The position numbers were made by a program, and so were the translations under genes. DNA of 64,000 bases from Acidobacteriota bacterium (GTDB lineage Bacteria > Acidobacteriota > Vicinamibacteria > Vicinamibacterales > UBA2999). Below the pieces are notes generated by a model. That model was not told where the DNA came from. It worked only from the letters and a program-made list of their open reading frames with translations, and searched no databases. Shown piece after piece: positions 37,287 to 44,919 of the stretch; the stretch's first letter is position 1; each line of letters opens with the position of its first letter. Location: positions 15,697 through 79,696 of the forward strand of contig JBKPDL010000025.1 in assembly GCA_046727855.1 (NCBI GenBank). Reading direction: 5' to 3'.

Positions 37287-38160
37287 CGCCGTCTGGACGC
37301 ACGCGCATCATCGCGCCGGGACGCATGTCTTCGATGCGGAAGTCGGCGGGAATCTTGAAGAGATCGGGCGACGGTTCGGTTCGCTGAATGTTGGTGAGGC
37401 GGTAAATGGTTTCACCAAATCTCGGGTCGAAGCGCCGCGTCATCACCACCACTTGCAGCTCCGGCGAATACCATCGCTCGATCACAATCTCAATTGCTTG
37501 CACGTTGCCGATGGCACCGGCCGGAATCGTCGTCGTCCGGCGCGTGCCTTCGACTTTCACACCCTCGAGAATTTTCGGCTCCAGTGTTTCCTCGACGGCC
37601 GATCCTGCGGGCATCACCGATGCCATCGACTGTGCTGCGATCACACTCGGCATGCCGCCACCGCTGACCGTCCCAGCCATCGGCGGCGGCGGAATGGACA
37701 CCTCGAAGGTTGGTTCCGTCGGTTCGGCGATCTTGTACTCGAGCATCGGAGCCTTGAACGGCTTCGCGCGGAACGCGACCTTGAGGTCGTAGTTCAGCGT
37801 GATGTGAACACCGCTTTCGGGATCGGTGATGGTCACGATGGGCTGTTGGTTTTTTGCGACGAACGTGCCCACCGCGATGCCCTGCTGTTCGCGGCGCGTG
37901 CGGCCCTGACTGTCGCGCGCCACGGTTGCCGACGTGCGCTGCTCGATCCGATTGCCGTCGGCGAGCACCTGCGTCATTTCGGTAACGGCGTCGGCTGTAT
38001 ACGGCGCATCCCGAACGACGCGTCCGACGTTGATCGGGTCCAGCGCGACGATGCCGATTTCCGGGGGGACTGGCGCGACCTGCGGCAGCACGTCCTGTGC
38101 CTCAGCCGATGTCACAGTCCAACCCAAAAGAATAGATGCCACTACGATGCGTTCGATCAT
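37282..38160 (-). CDS. Secreted protein of unknown family (third gene of the ECF sigma unit)
   Basis: Start at MIERIVVASILLGWTVTSAEA (signal peptide) with AGGAG upstream. The 175 Arg-rich codons upstream in the ORF track overlap the previous gene and are rejected. Confidence 0.6.
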   Translation of the reverse strand: MIERIVVASILLGWTVTSAEAQDVLPQVAPVPPEIGIVALDPINVGRVVRDAPYTADAVTEMTQVLADGNRIEQRTSATVARDSQGRTRREQQGIAVGTFVAKNQQPIVTITDPESGVHITLNYDLKVAFRAKPFKAPMLEYKIAEPTEPTFEVSIPPPPMAGTVSGGGMPSVIAAQSMASVMPAGSAVEETLEPKILEGVKVEGTRRTTTIPAGAIGNVQAIEIVIERWYSPELQVVVMTRRFDPRFGETIYRLTNIQRTEPSPDLFKIPADFRIEDMRPGAMMRVRPDGA

Positions 38161-38165
38161 GATCG

Positions 38166-38702
38166 CTACTCCTGTCCGGCTCGCACGTGAGAAAGATCGC
38201 GCGGCAGGCCGTCTTCGCCCACGAGCACATCCACGTCCACAACCCCTTCGGCGTCGGGCTCGAGCAGCACGAGGCCAAGCGTTTCGAGCGCTGCGCGTGG
38301 AATGCGAATGCGGACAACCTGCAATGCTTCGGGAAACTCCAGCGTGATGGTGGCAATCGTCGTGTCGCGGCTCCGCGACGAGGAATGCGGACGAACTGCG
38401 GCGATGACCGGTCTGTCCTGTCCGACGGCGAGCTTGAACGCGGCGGGTAGCGAGTGACTCGCCAGAGGGCGCGACGGCAACTTTGCCGATGGCGGCGCAT
38501 CGCCCGGCCGCCATGCCAAAAAGGCGAACACGAGCGTGGCCGCGGCTGCTACTAAACCTAGCTTGACTAGTACTATCTGCCGCTGTGACTTCGCGGCACG
38601 CGGTGTGCCTAGCGCGTGCAGTACGCGCGCTTCGAGCACCGCAGGTGCCTTGATCCGGATATCGTCCTGCTCGAACGCGCGCCACGCTGCGTCAAAGTTC
38701 AT
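38166..38702 (-). CDS. Single-pass membrane protein, putative anti-sigma factor
   Basis: MNFDAAWRAFEQDD..., one TM (IVLVKLGLVAAAATLVFAFLAW) and a ~100-aa extracytoplasmic part. The start overlaps the sigma gene stop by 11 nt. No zinc anti-sigma motif. Confidence 0.5.
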   Translation of the reverse strand: MNFDAAWRAFEQDDIRIKAPAVLEARVLHALGTPRAAKSQRQIVLVKLGLVAAAATLVFAFLAWRPGDAPPSAKLPSRPLASHSLPAAFKLAVGQDRPVIAAVRPHSSSRSRDTTIATITLEFPEALQVVRIRIPRAALETLGLVLLEPDAEGVVDVDVLVGEDGLPRDLSHVRAGQE

Positions 38703-39309
38703 ACAGCGCCCCCTTCTCGACGGTTGGGCGACGGAGCTCCGGTCGTGCGACACGCGCGAGGCGCTGCCGAAGCAACTGGCGCGCGCGATGAAGACGCGAT
38801 CGCACTGTCGAAATCGAAATGCGGGTTACCACTGCGGCGTCGGCATAGCTGAATCCATGCAGGTCGCACAGAAGAATGAGCTCGCGATAGCGAGGTGGAA
38901 GTTTCTGAAGCGCGCGTCGGACCTGGGATGCGAGCTCGATACCTGCGAGCGCGTCGGACGGATCATCGACGTAAGTAGTGTGCGCGCTGAAGGGGCTGAT
39001 GACGTCGAGTGAAAAGAATCGGCGCTCCTTGCGGAGCCGTTCGCGGCTCAGGTTGCGGACGATGCCATAGAGGTAGGTCGTGAACGTCGCGCGATCGGGA
39101 TCGTATTTCGCCAGATCGCGGAAGACGGCGACAAACACTTCCTGTGAAATGTCCTCGGCCGCCGCCGGACAGCCCATCATGGCCCGAGCAAATCGGTACA
39201 CGACGTGCTGATAGCGACGGAACACTTCCGTGAAGGCGTCGAGATCGCCGGATGCAGCGAGTTGCACCAGCTCGCCGTCGGAATCGAGCACTTCTACTTC
39301 GGACGCCAT
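38692..39309 (-). CDS. ECF (group IV) RNA polymerase sigma factor
   Basis: Sigma-2 (FTEVFRRYQHVVYRFARAMMG...AEDISQEVFVAVFRDL...TYLYGIVRNLSRERL) and sigma-4 (PPRYRELILLCDLHGFSYADAAVVTRISISTVRSRLHRAR). Confidence 0.9.
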   Translation of the reverse strand: MASEVEVLDSDGELVQLAASGDLDAFTEVFRRYQHVVYRFARAMMGCPAAAEDISQEVFVAVFRDLAKYDPDRATFTTYLYGIVRNLSRERLRKERRFFSLDVISPFSAHTTYVDDPSDALAGIELASQVRRALQKLPPRYRELILLCDLHGFSYADAAVVTRISISTVRSRLHRARQLLRQRLARVARPELRRPTVEKGALYEL

Positions 39310-39315
39310 TCAACG

Positions 39316-39368
39316 GTGATTGGCCGGAGCATCGAAATCGTTCCGGCGAGTTTGTAAAGGTTGTTAAA
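39316..39368 (-). promoter_or_regulatory. Conserved promoter-like block upstream of the ECF sigma gene
   Basis: Minus strand: TTTAACAACCTTTACAAACTCGCCGGAACGATTTCG-N10-CAATCAC. The 30-nt core is 26/30 identical to 41256-41285, with the same N10 spacing to CAATCAC. Confidence 0.45.
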
Positions 39369-39371
39369 TCT

Positions 39372-41210
39372 TCAGGGCCGATCCACGCTGGACTCGACGG
39401 GTTCAGCAAGCCGGGTCTCCGCTTTCATCCGCGAGTCGGTCGCGGCGGACAGAAACTGATCCCACGCCACGCGAATGCGATCCAGCTTCTCGATCGCGCT
39501 CCGCTCCCCCGTCCGACCATTGGAAACGACGTAGACAAACGCCTGCCGGTACACCCGCGGGCTGTCGGCAGCCGACGGCACGCGTGGGCCAACGACGGCA
39601 ATCACATCTTCGATGCGCACGTCACGCCGGATTCCACTGAAGGTCACGCCGACTTCGGGCTCGGATGCCGCAGTGCGAGGCTCCCTCAGATTCGTCGGAC
39701 TCTGCACGTAGAAAAAGGGTGGGACCTGCGTCTGATCGACGAGTCCCATCGCGTACTGATCGAGCAGGCTGTAGTGTTGCACGGCGGCTACCGTGCGAAA
39801 CGATCCGCTGCCCAGGTCTTCGATGTCGTTGCCTTCGAGCACGGATGCGTCGGAATCGAAAAAGAAGCTCCAGTGCGCGGCATCGCGGCCGAGGAGCGCT
39901 CGCGACACGCGTCCCATGTGATCGCGAAAATACAGGAACGCCAGCCATCGGTGCCCGATCTCCTGTCCCATCACGCTGAGCGTCGAATTCTCACCGAGGA
40001 ACACCTCGCGCGGCTCATCGGGATACTTCGACAGCGCATCCATGTTGCACAAACTTTGCAGCGGCCCGGCGCTGCCGTATTCCGCCGAATAATCGAATAC
40101 CGGCAAGTTGAGACCTTGAATCTGATTGGCGACCGAAATTTCATACGCAAACGCATTAGTGAGCAACTTTTGGTCGGTGAAAATGACGATGTTGTCGAAC
40201 GCGTCGCGATGTGTAGCAAGGAAGCGGCGTGCGACAGCGACGGTGTCGAGATCGGACTGCGAGGTGAAGCGTTCGCCGAGCGCTGAGGAGCCTGCCGCAA
40301 TCGATTCCTGGGCAGTGAAGTCCACCGGCAGAAATTGCGTCGTATTTCCAGGAGAAACGCCTACCACCGCTTCGCGAATCGTCGTCCGATTCGAGAATTG
40401 AATATCGATCGGGCCGGTCTGGTGGAGTGTCACTTGAACCGTCGCGGTCTCGCGCGTGCCGTATTCCCGAACGTTGCACCACGTCACAGTCAGTGCGCGG
40501 TCATCGGCAAACGACCAGATCTGTCCGCCGGCCGACGGATTCAGATCGGCGAAGAGCGGCGCCACGCGTGGCGCACCTGTCAAGAGCCGCGAAACGGATC
40601 GAGCCGAGGTCGCGACATCACCCTCGCCGAACGTCAAGTTGCCGTCGGAGTTCACAAACACGTGGTCGTGCGGCTGACCAAAAAACGAAAACGTAAATGG
40701 CAACGCAACGCGGCGAACATCGTCGTCGTCCATCGTGAGACCTGTGCCGAGCGTACGCCTGAATTCGTACGCGATCCGTGACACGTCATAGCCGCCGCTG
40801 TCGTTGGGCGTCAGCCGCAGACCAACATTGCGCAAGTCGAACGGATTCGGCGCCATGACGAGATCGCCGCGATCCTGCAGAACGGCGATCTCACCGACAT
40901 CCTCCGTCAAACGGGTGTCGGCAGTCTTCATCGACAGCCGACCCTGTGCAACGGCTGCTCGGTGGTTCCACACGCTATCGAGGTGGCTCCATCGGTCATC
41001 GTGGTCGAGGGGAGAGGTCTTCGCCGGGTTTTCTGGCGCGCGCTGAGAAGTGCCGCGTGCGCTCGGATCCACGGCACTTGACGCTGTTGCGCATGGGTCG
41101 GTCGATTGCGCACGCACGGGCGTATGAAGGTCAGTCCGAAAAACAATTGCCGCGACCGCGCTCAGCATGGCCGCTCGGATATAAATCGGTGGTGTCATCG
41201 TCAACAGCAT
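39372..41210 (-). CDS. Large secreted protein of unknown function (degenerate QEIGH metalloprotease-like motif)
   Basis: About 612 aa from MLLTMTPPIYIRAAMLSAVAAIVF (signal). Contains FSFFGQPHDHVFVNSDGNLTFG and MGQEIGHRW. I recognise no family with confidence. Confidence 0.65.
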   Translation of the reverse strand: MLLTMTPPIYIRAAMLSAVAAIVFRTDLHTPVRAQSTDPCATASSAVDPSARGTSQRAPENPAKTSPLDHDDRWSHLDSVWNHRAAVAQGRLSMKTADTRLTEDVGEIAVLQDRGDLVMAPNPFDLRNVGLRLTPNDSGGYDVSRIAYEFRRTLGTGLTMDDDDVRRVALPFTFSFFGQPHDHVFVNSDGNLTFGEGDVATSARSVSRLLTGAPRVAPLFADLNPSAGGQIWSFADDRALTVTWCNVREYGTRETATVQVTLHQTGPIDIQFSNRTTIREAVVGVSPGNTTQFLPVDFTAQESIAAGSSALGERFTSQSDLDTVAVARRFLATHRDAFDNIVIFTDQKLLTNAFAYEISVANQIQGLNLPVFDYSAEYGSAGPLQSLCNMDALSKYPDEPREVFLGENSTLSVMGQEIGHRWLAFLYFRDHMGRVSRALLGRDAAHWSFFFDSDASVLEGNDIEDLGSGSFRTVAAVQHYSLLDQYAMGLVDQTQVPPFFYVQSPTNLREPRTAASEPEVGVTFSGIRRDVRIEDVIAVVGPRVPSAADSPRVYRQAFVYVVSNGRTGERSAIEKLDRIRVAWDQFLSAATDSRMKAETRLAEPVESSVDRP

Positions 41211-41238
41211 TGGCAGGCGCTGACGACGCGGTGCAATC

Positions 41239-41290
41239 GTGATTGATGCGAATGGCGAAATCGTTGCGGAAAGATTGTAAAGGTTCCTTC
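41239..41290 (-). promoter_or_regulatory. Conserved promoter-like block upstream of the large secreted protein gene
   Basis: Minus strand: GAAGGAACCTTTACAATCTTTCCGCAACGATTTCG-N10-CAATCAC. Confidence 0.45.
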
Positions 41291-41369
41291 GAACATTGAC
41301 AGGCCGCATCGCCGTCCCACGCGACCGCACTGCTAGGCCGGCGCACGCAACTCTGCACGCGGCGCAACC

Positions 41370-41600
41370 ACGTACGTTCCTCACGTGGGTTCCTTACGCA
41401 GGTTCCTTACGTAGGTTCACGAGGGTTCCGAACGTGGGTTCTTCGCGGAGTTCACGTGGCGTTCGAACTTCCGGAAGGAACTTCCGCAAGGACTCCCGTA
41501 ACGAATCCCGTGAACGTCCGTAAGGAACGTCCGTCAGGAACCCCGTGAACCTACGTAAGGAACCCATTTGAGGAACCTACGTTAGGAACACCCCGTGGGT
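41370..41600. repeat. Palindromic array of about 19 thirteen-nt GGAAC-core units (about 9 in one orientation, 10 in the other)
   Basis: GTTCC/GTTCA units start at 41376, 41389, 41402, 41415, 41425, 41438, 41450, 41461. The centre is GTTCGAAC + TTCCGGAA (41461-41476). GGAAC/TGAAC units start at 41477, 41490, 41502, 41511, 41524, 41537, 41546, 41559, 41572, 41585. Perfect 21-bp IR at 41401-41421 / 41544-41564. Confidence 0.9.
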
Positions 41601-41642
41601 GCGCGGCCGAACTCCGCCGCAAAGCGTTTCGTATCAAGCAAT

Positions 41643-42299
41643 ATGGCGCGGGCGCGCTCAAGGTGGACGATCGTGGGCGTGGTCTTGGTGATTGCCGCGA
41701 TCGGCGGCTGGTTTATCGTCGCGCGCATCAGTGCTGCCAGTGCGCGAAGCGAGTCGGCTCGGCTTGCCACCGTGCTCGGGCTTCGCGAGGGCAGTCGCGT
41801 TGCGGACGTCGGGGCGGGGAAGGGGGAGTACGCGCTGCAGCTGGCGCGGCTCGTCGGGCCGACCGGTCATGTTTTCGCCACCGAGATCGACAACAAGCGT
41901 CGCCGTCAAATTCAATCCGCGGCCGCGAGCGCTGGACTTCAACACCTGTCCGTGGTCGAAGCGCGTGAGGTCGATACCGGCCTCGAGCGCGATTGCTGCG
42001 ACGCGATTCTGATGCGAGGCGTCTATCACCATTTCACGCGGCCTGTTGAAACCAACGCGAGCCTTCGTGGCGCACTGCGGCCCGGTGGTCGCCTGGCCGT
42101 CGTGGACTTCCCGCCGGGATGGTTCCTGTCGACATTCTTCCGAGTAAAGGGCGTGCCCGCGAACCGTGGAGGACATGGCGTGCGCGCCGAGGTGGTCATC
42201 GAGGAGCTCGAGGCGGCGGGTTTCAGTCTCGAGCGCCGTCTTGATAAATGGGACGGACGAATGTATTGCCTCGTGTTCCAGAAGAAGGCCGGCTCGTAG
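41643..42299 (+). CDS. Class I SAM-dependent methyltransferase with N-terminal membrane anchor
   Basis: TM segment WTIVGVVLVIAAIGGWFIV, SAM motif I VADVGAGKGEY, and later DAILMRGVYHHF. Confidence 0.8.
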   Translation: MARARSRWTIVGVVLVIAAIGGWFIVARISAASARSESARLATVLGLREGSRVADVGAGKGEYALQLARLVGPTGHVFATEIDNKRRRQIQSAAASAGLQHLSVVEAREVDTGLERDCCDAILMRGVYHHFTRPVETNASLRGALRPGGRLAVVDFPPGWFLSTFFRVKGVPANRGGHGVRAEVVIEELEAAGFSLERRLDKWDGRMYCLVFQKKAGS

Positions 42300-42340
42300 T
42301 AACGAGAATGCCGACGCACTCAGAGCCCATCGATTCAAAT

Positions 42341-43279
42341 CTACGCATTAGTGCGCATTCCGGCTGCTTCGCGGAATTGCGACGGTGTGCAGGCAAATGC
42401 GCGCCGGAATGCCGCGGTGAAATGACTGTGGCTCGAGAACCCGAGACTAAGCGCCAATGTCGTGATGTCGCGTGCGTGCGGAAGCTCTGCGAGAGCTCGA
42501 GCCAGTCGCAGCTGCGTAAGATACCGGTGGAGAGGCACGCCTTCGGCGCGGCTGAACACATGCGTGAGATACGCGGGTGACGCCCCGACCGCGCGCGCAA
42601 CGTCGGCGAGTCGTATGGGATCGGCGAAGTTGGCTTCCAGGAATTCTTTCGCCCTCGCGATCAGACGTCGTGTCGATCGGCTTGCGTTCCAGCCGTTGGT
42701 GTCAGTCTCGAGCGCCGAACGGAGGATGGCTATCACCAACTCCTCCGCCGCCAAGCTGTCCAACTCTCCGTGCGCCATCGTCTGGAGAAATCGCGCCTGC
42801 AGTACCTGCAGGCCGGTGTCCGACCGTCGGCTTCTTCGGCGGAACGATGGATGCAGCGAGATGCCGGCCTCGTTGGCGCTTGCGAGTTCGGCGAGGATGT
42901 CCAGATCGGGTGTGATAACCATCTCGGCATACTCGCTGCAGCGGGGTTGGCTCAAACGGAAGCTTTCTCCCCGCGAAACGAACAACACCTGGTTCGGGTC
43001 CCCAACCACTTCGTCGTCACCGACGTGCCAAACGAAGAGTCCGCGGTAGGGCAGGCAGACCTGGAAGCTCGACGAAAAGTCCTCCGGCGTCGTCTTTGCG
43101 CTGACACCGGAAGAACAGACGTCCTCGACCAGTCCAATTCTCGATTCGAGTAGCCGAGTGCGTGTATTCGCGCTGGCTATTCGAGTGTGGGGAGAGGCCT
43201 CGCGTCGTGCCGATGCGTCAGTCCCTACGTAGGTTTCCGCCAGTTGACCCATGTGTTGCCTCGCACGATGAGAACGCAT
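42341..43279 (-). CDS. AraC family transcriptional regulator
   Basis: C-terminal double HTH (IRLADVARAVGASPAYLTHVFSRAEG...LSLGFSSHSHFTAAFRRAF). Confidence 0.85.
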   Translation of the reverse strand: MRSHRARQHMGQLAETYVGTDASARREASPHTRIASANTRTRLLESRIGLVEDVCSSGVSAKTTPEDFSSSFQVCLPYRGLFVWHVGDDEVVGDPNQVLFVSRGESFRLSQPRCSEYAEMVITPDLDILAELASANEAGISLHPSFRRRSRRSDTGLQVLQARFLQTMAHGELDSLAAEELVIAILRSALETDTNGWNASRSTRRLIARAKEFLEANFADPIRLADVARAVGASPAYLTHVFSRAEGVPLHRYLTQLRLARALAELPHARDITTLALSLGFSSHSHFTAAFRRAFACTPSQFREAAGMRTNA

Positions 43280-43306
43280 TCAGGTTACTTGGACGGCCGG
43301 ACAGAC

Positions 43307-43338
43307 GCGTGAAAGTTCTGTTGAATCTCTGTTGGGAT
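43307..43338. repeat. 32-nt repeat GCGTGAAAGTTCTGTTGAATCTCTGTTGGGAT (copy 1)
   Basis: 31/32 identical to 56727-56758. Contains TCTGTTG twice, 11 nt apart. Lies 28-59 nt upstream of the AraC ATG (43279) on the opposite strand. Confidence 0.6.
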
Positions 43339-43380
43339 CGGGTTGAATCGAATGATGAGTCGCGCGAGCGATGTCGAGAT

Positions 43381-43785
43381 CTAGCGCCGGAATGGCACGA
43401 GCTCGCGCAGCCGCGGCTCGCGCAGATATAGTGCTCCCCATACTGCAAACGCCACGTAGATCGGGAACAGTGTGTGGGTCAACAGCGGGCTGCCCGCACG
43501 CACCTGGGTGGCAATCGCCCCGCCTAGGTACCCAGTAAGCAGCAGCGCGCCCAGAACCGACGTGCGCGGCACCACATAGAGTGCAAGGCAAACGAGCTCG
43601 ATCAGGCCGATCCAGAACACTGTGTTGACCTGGTAACCGAGCGCGGTCGATGCCTGAACGGCCGGCGCAAGCATCAGCAGCTTGACAATGGTGTCGAAGG
43701 TCATGAACAGCGCGACAGATGCAGTGAGGACATAGCTGGCCACGAGGCTCGTCCTCTCGACCGGTAGCGTGTGAGCGGACGTCAT
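43381..43785 (-). CDS. DoxX-family membrane protein
   Basis: 134 aa, 4 TM; ...LLLTGYLGGAIATQVRAG... pattern. Confidence 0.75.
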   Translation of the reverse strand: MTSAHTLPVERTSLVASYVLTASVALFMTFDTIVKLLMLAPAVQASTALGYQVNTVFWIGLIELVCLALYVVPRTSVLGALLLTGYLGGAIATQVRAGSPLLTHTLFPIYVAFAVWGALYLREPRLRELVPFRR

Positions 43786-43833
43786 ATATGTTGCCTTTCT
43801 CGTGATGTGATTCGCGGCGGCTCCTGACCGCAG

Positions 43834-44841
43834 CTACGACACAACCCGTTTCCTCCGGAAGCGTGAGGCCAGCTCTCCGGTCTCGCGCCTGAATGCGCGG
43901 TCCATCGTATCGACCGAGCCAAAGCCGCAGCTCCACGCAATTTCCTGAAGGCTCCTATCGCTCTCCTCCAGCAGTCGAAGAGCCGTTTCCACTCTGAGCC
44001 GTTTGATGAACTGCGCCGGCGGTACCCTGAATTCCTTCACGAACGTCCGGGAGAAGTTGCGCGGGCTCATTGCGACCTTCGCGGCCAGGATCTCCACACC
44101 GAGGTCGAGGTGAAGGTGCTCCAGAATCCAGATCGGCAGCTCTCGAATGGGCAGCTTCGACGACTCCTGAAACGCCAGTGCCGTGCTGAACTGGCTTTGT
44201 CCGCCGGATCGCCGGATGAAGAGCACGAGCGCACGCGCCACGCGAAGCGCGATGTCAGTGCCCAGGTCTTCTTCGACAAGCCACAGCGCCAGGTCCAGGC
44301 CCGAGGCGACGCCGGCAGCGGTCACGATGTTGCCGTCGCGGATGAACAACGGCTCGGGATCGACGTTCAGGGCCGGATAATCCTCCTGAAGCTTTTGGCT
44401 GAAGTACCAGTGCGTGGTGACCCTCTTTCCGGACAGCAACCCCGCCTCCGCGAGGACGAACGCCCCCGTGCAGACCGACACCGTCCTGCGGGCACGTTGC
44501 GAGGTCGACCGCACCCATTCGAGCAAAGCTGGGTTGTCAGCGCCTGTCCACACCTCCATGCCACCGGAGATGATCAACGTGTCCACCTCGCCCTGCACGG
44601 CAGACCATGAACAATCGGCATTGATCGTCAGACCAGACGTGAAACTGCGGATCGCGAGCACGTCGGTACACGACGCGAGCGTCACTTCGTAGGGCCGACT
44701 GCGCGCACGGCCCGCTTCGCGTAACTTCATGACCGCGGTCGCAAACACCTCGATGGGACCGGCGACCTCGAGAGACTGAGCAGTCGGCGTGGCCAGGACG
44801 ACCACGCGCCTGGACGGGACACCTGTTTGTGATTCGTCCAT
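43834..44841 (-). CDS. GlxA-family regulator (DJ-1/PfpI domain plus AraC HTH)
   Basis: N-terminal amidotransferase-like domain (VVVLATPTAQSLEVAGPIEVF...VSVCTGAFVLAEAGLL) and a C-terminal AraC HTH. Confidence 0.85.
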   Translation of the reverse strand: MDESQTGVPSRRVVVLATPTAQSLEVAGPIEVFATAVMKLREAGRARSRPYEVTLASCTDVLAIRSFTSGLTINADCSWSAVQGEVDTLIISGGMEVWTGADNPALLEWVRSTSQRARRTVSVCTGAFVLAEAGLLSGKRVTTHWYFSQKLQEDYPALNVDPEPLFIRDGNIVTAAGVASGLDLALWLVEEDLGTDIALRVARALVLFIRRSGGQSQFSTALAFQESSKLPIRELPIWILEHLHLDLGVEILAAKVAMSPRNFSRTFVKEFRVPPAQFIKRLRVETALRLLEESDRSLQEIAWSCGFGSVDTMDRAFRRETGELASRFRRKRVVS

Positions 44842-44919
44842 GGGCTCCGCCTCGGCGGCGCTTGCTGTCTTAATCTTCCAATCCGTCGCTGGCGCCGCAC
44901 GCGGACCGGCTAGCGATGA

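Noticed and set aside
38161-38685. 175-codon N-terminal extension of ORF 37282..38685
   Set aside because: Arg-rich junk overlapping the anti-sigma-like gene in another frame. A signal peptide and AGGAG site support the start at 38160.
41296-41523. 75-aa ORF across the GGAAC array, and the idea that the array is a CRISPR
   Set aside because: The 13-nt period is not a codon multiple and the peptide is Arg/Ser junk. The units are far too short, have no unique spacers, switch orientation mid-array, and no cas genes are present.
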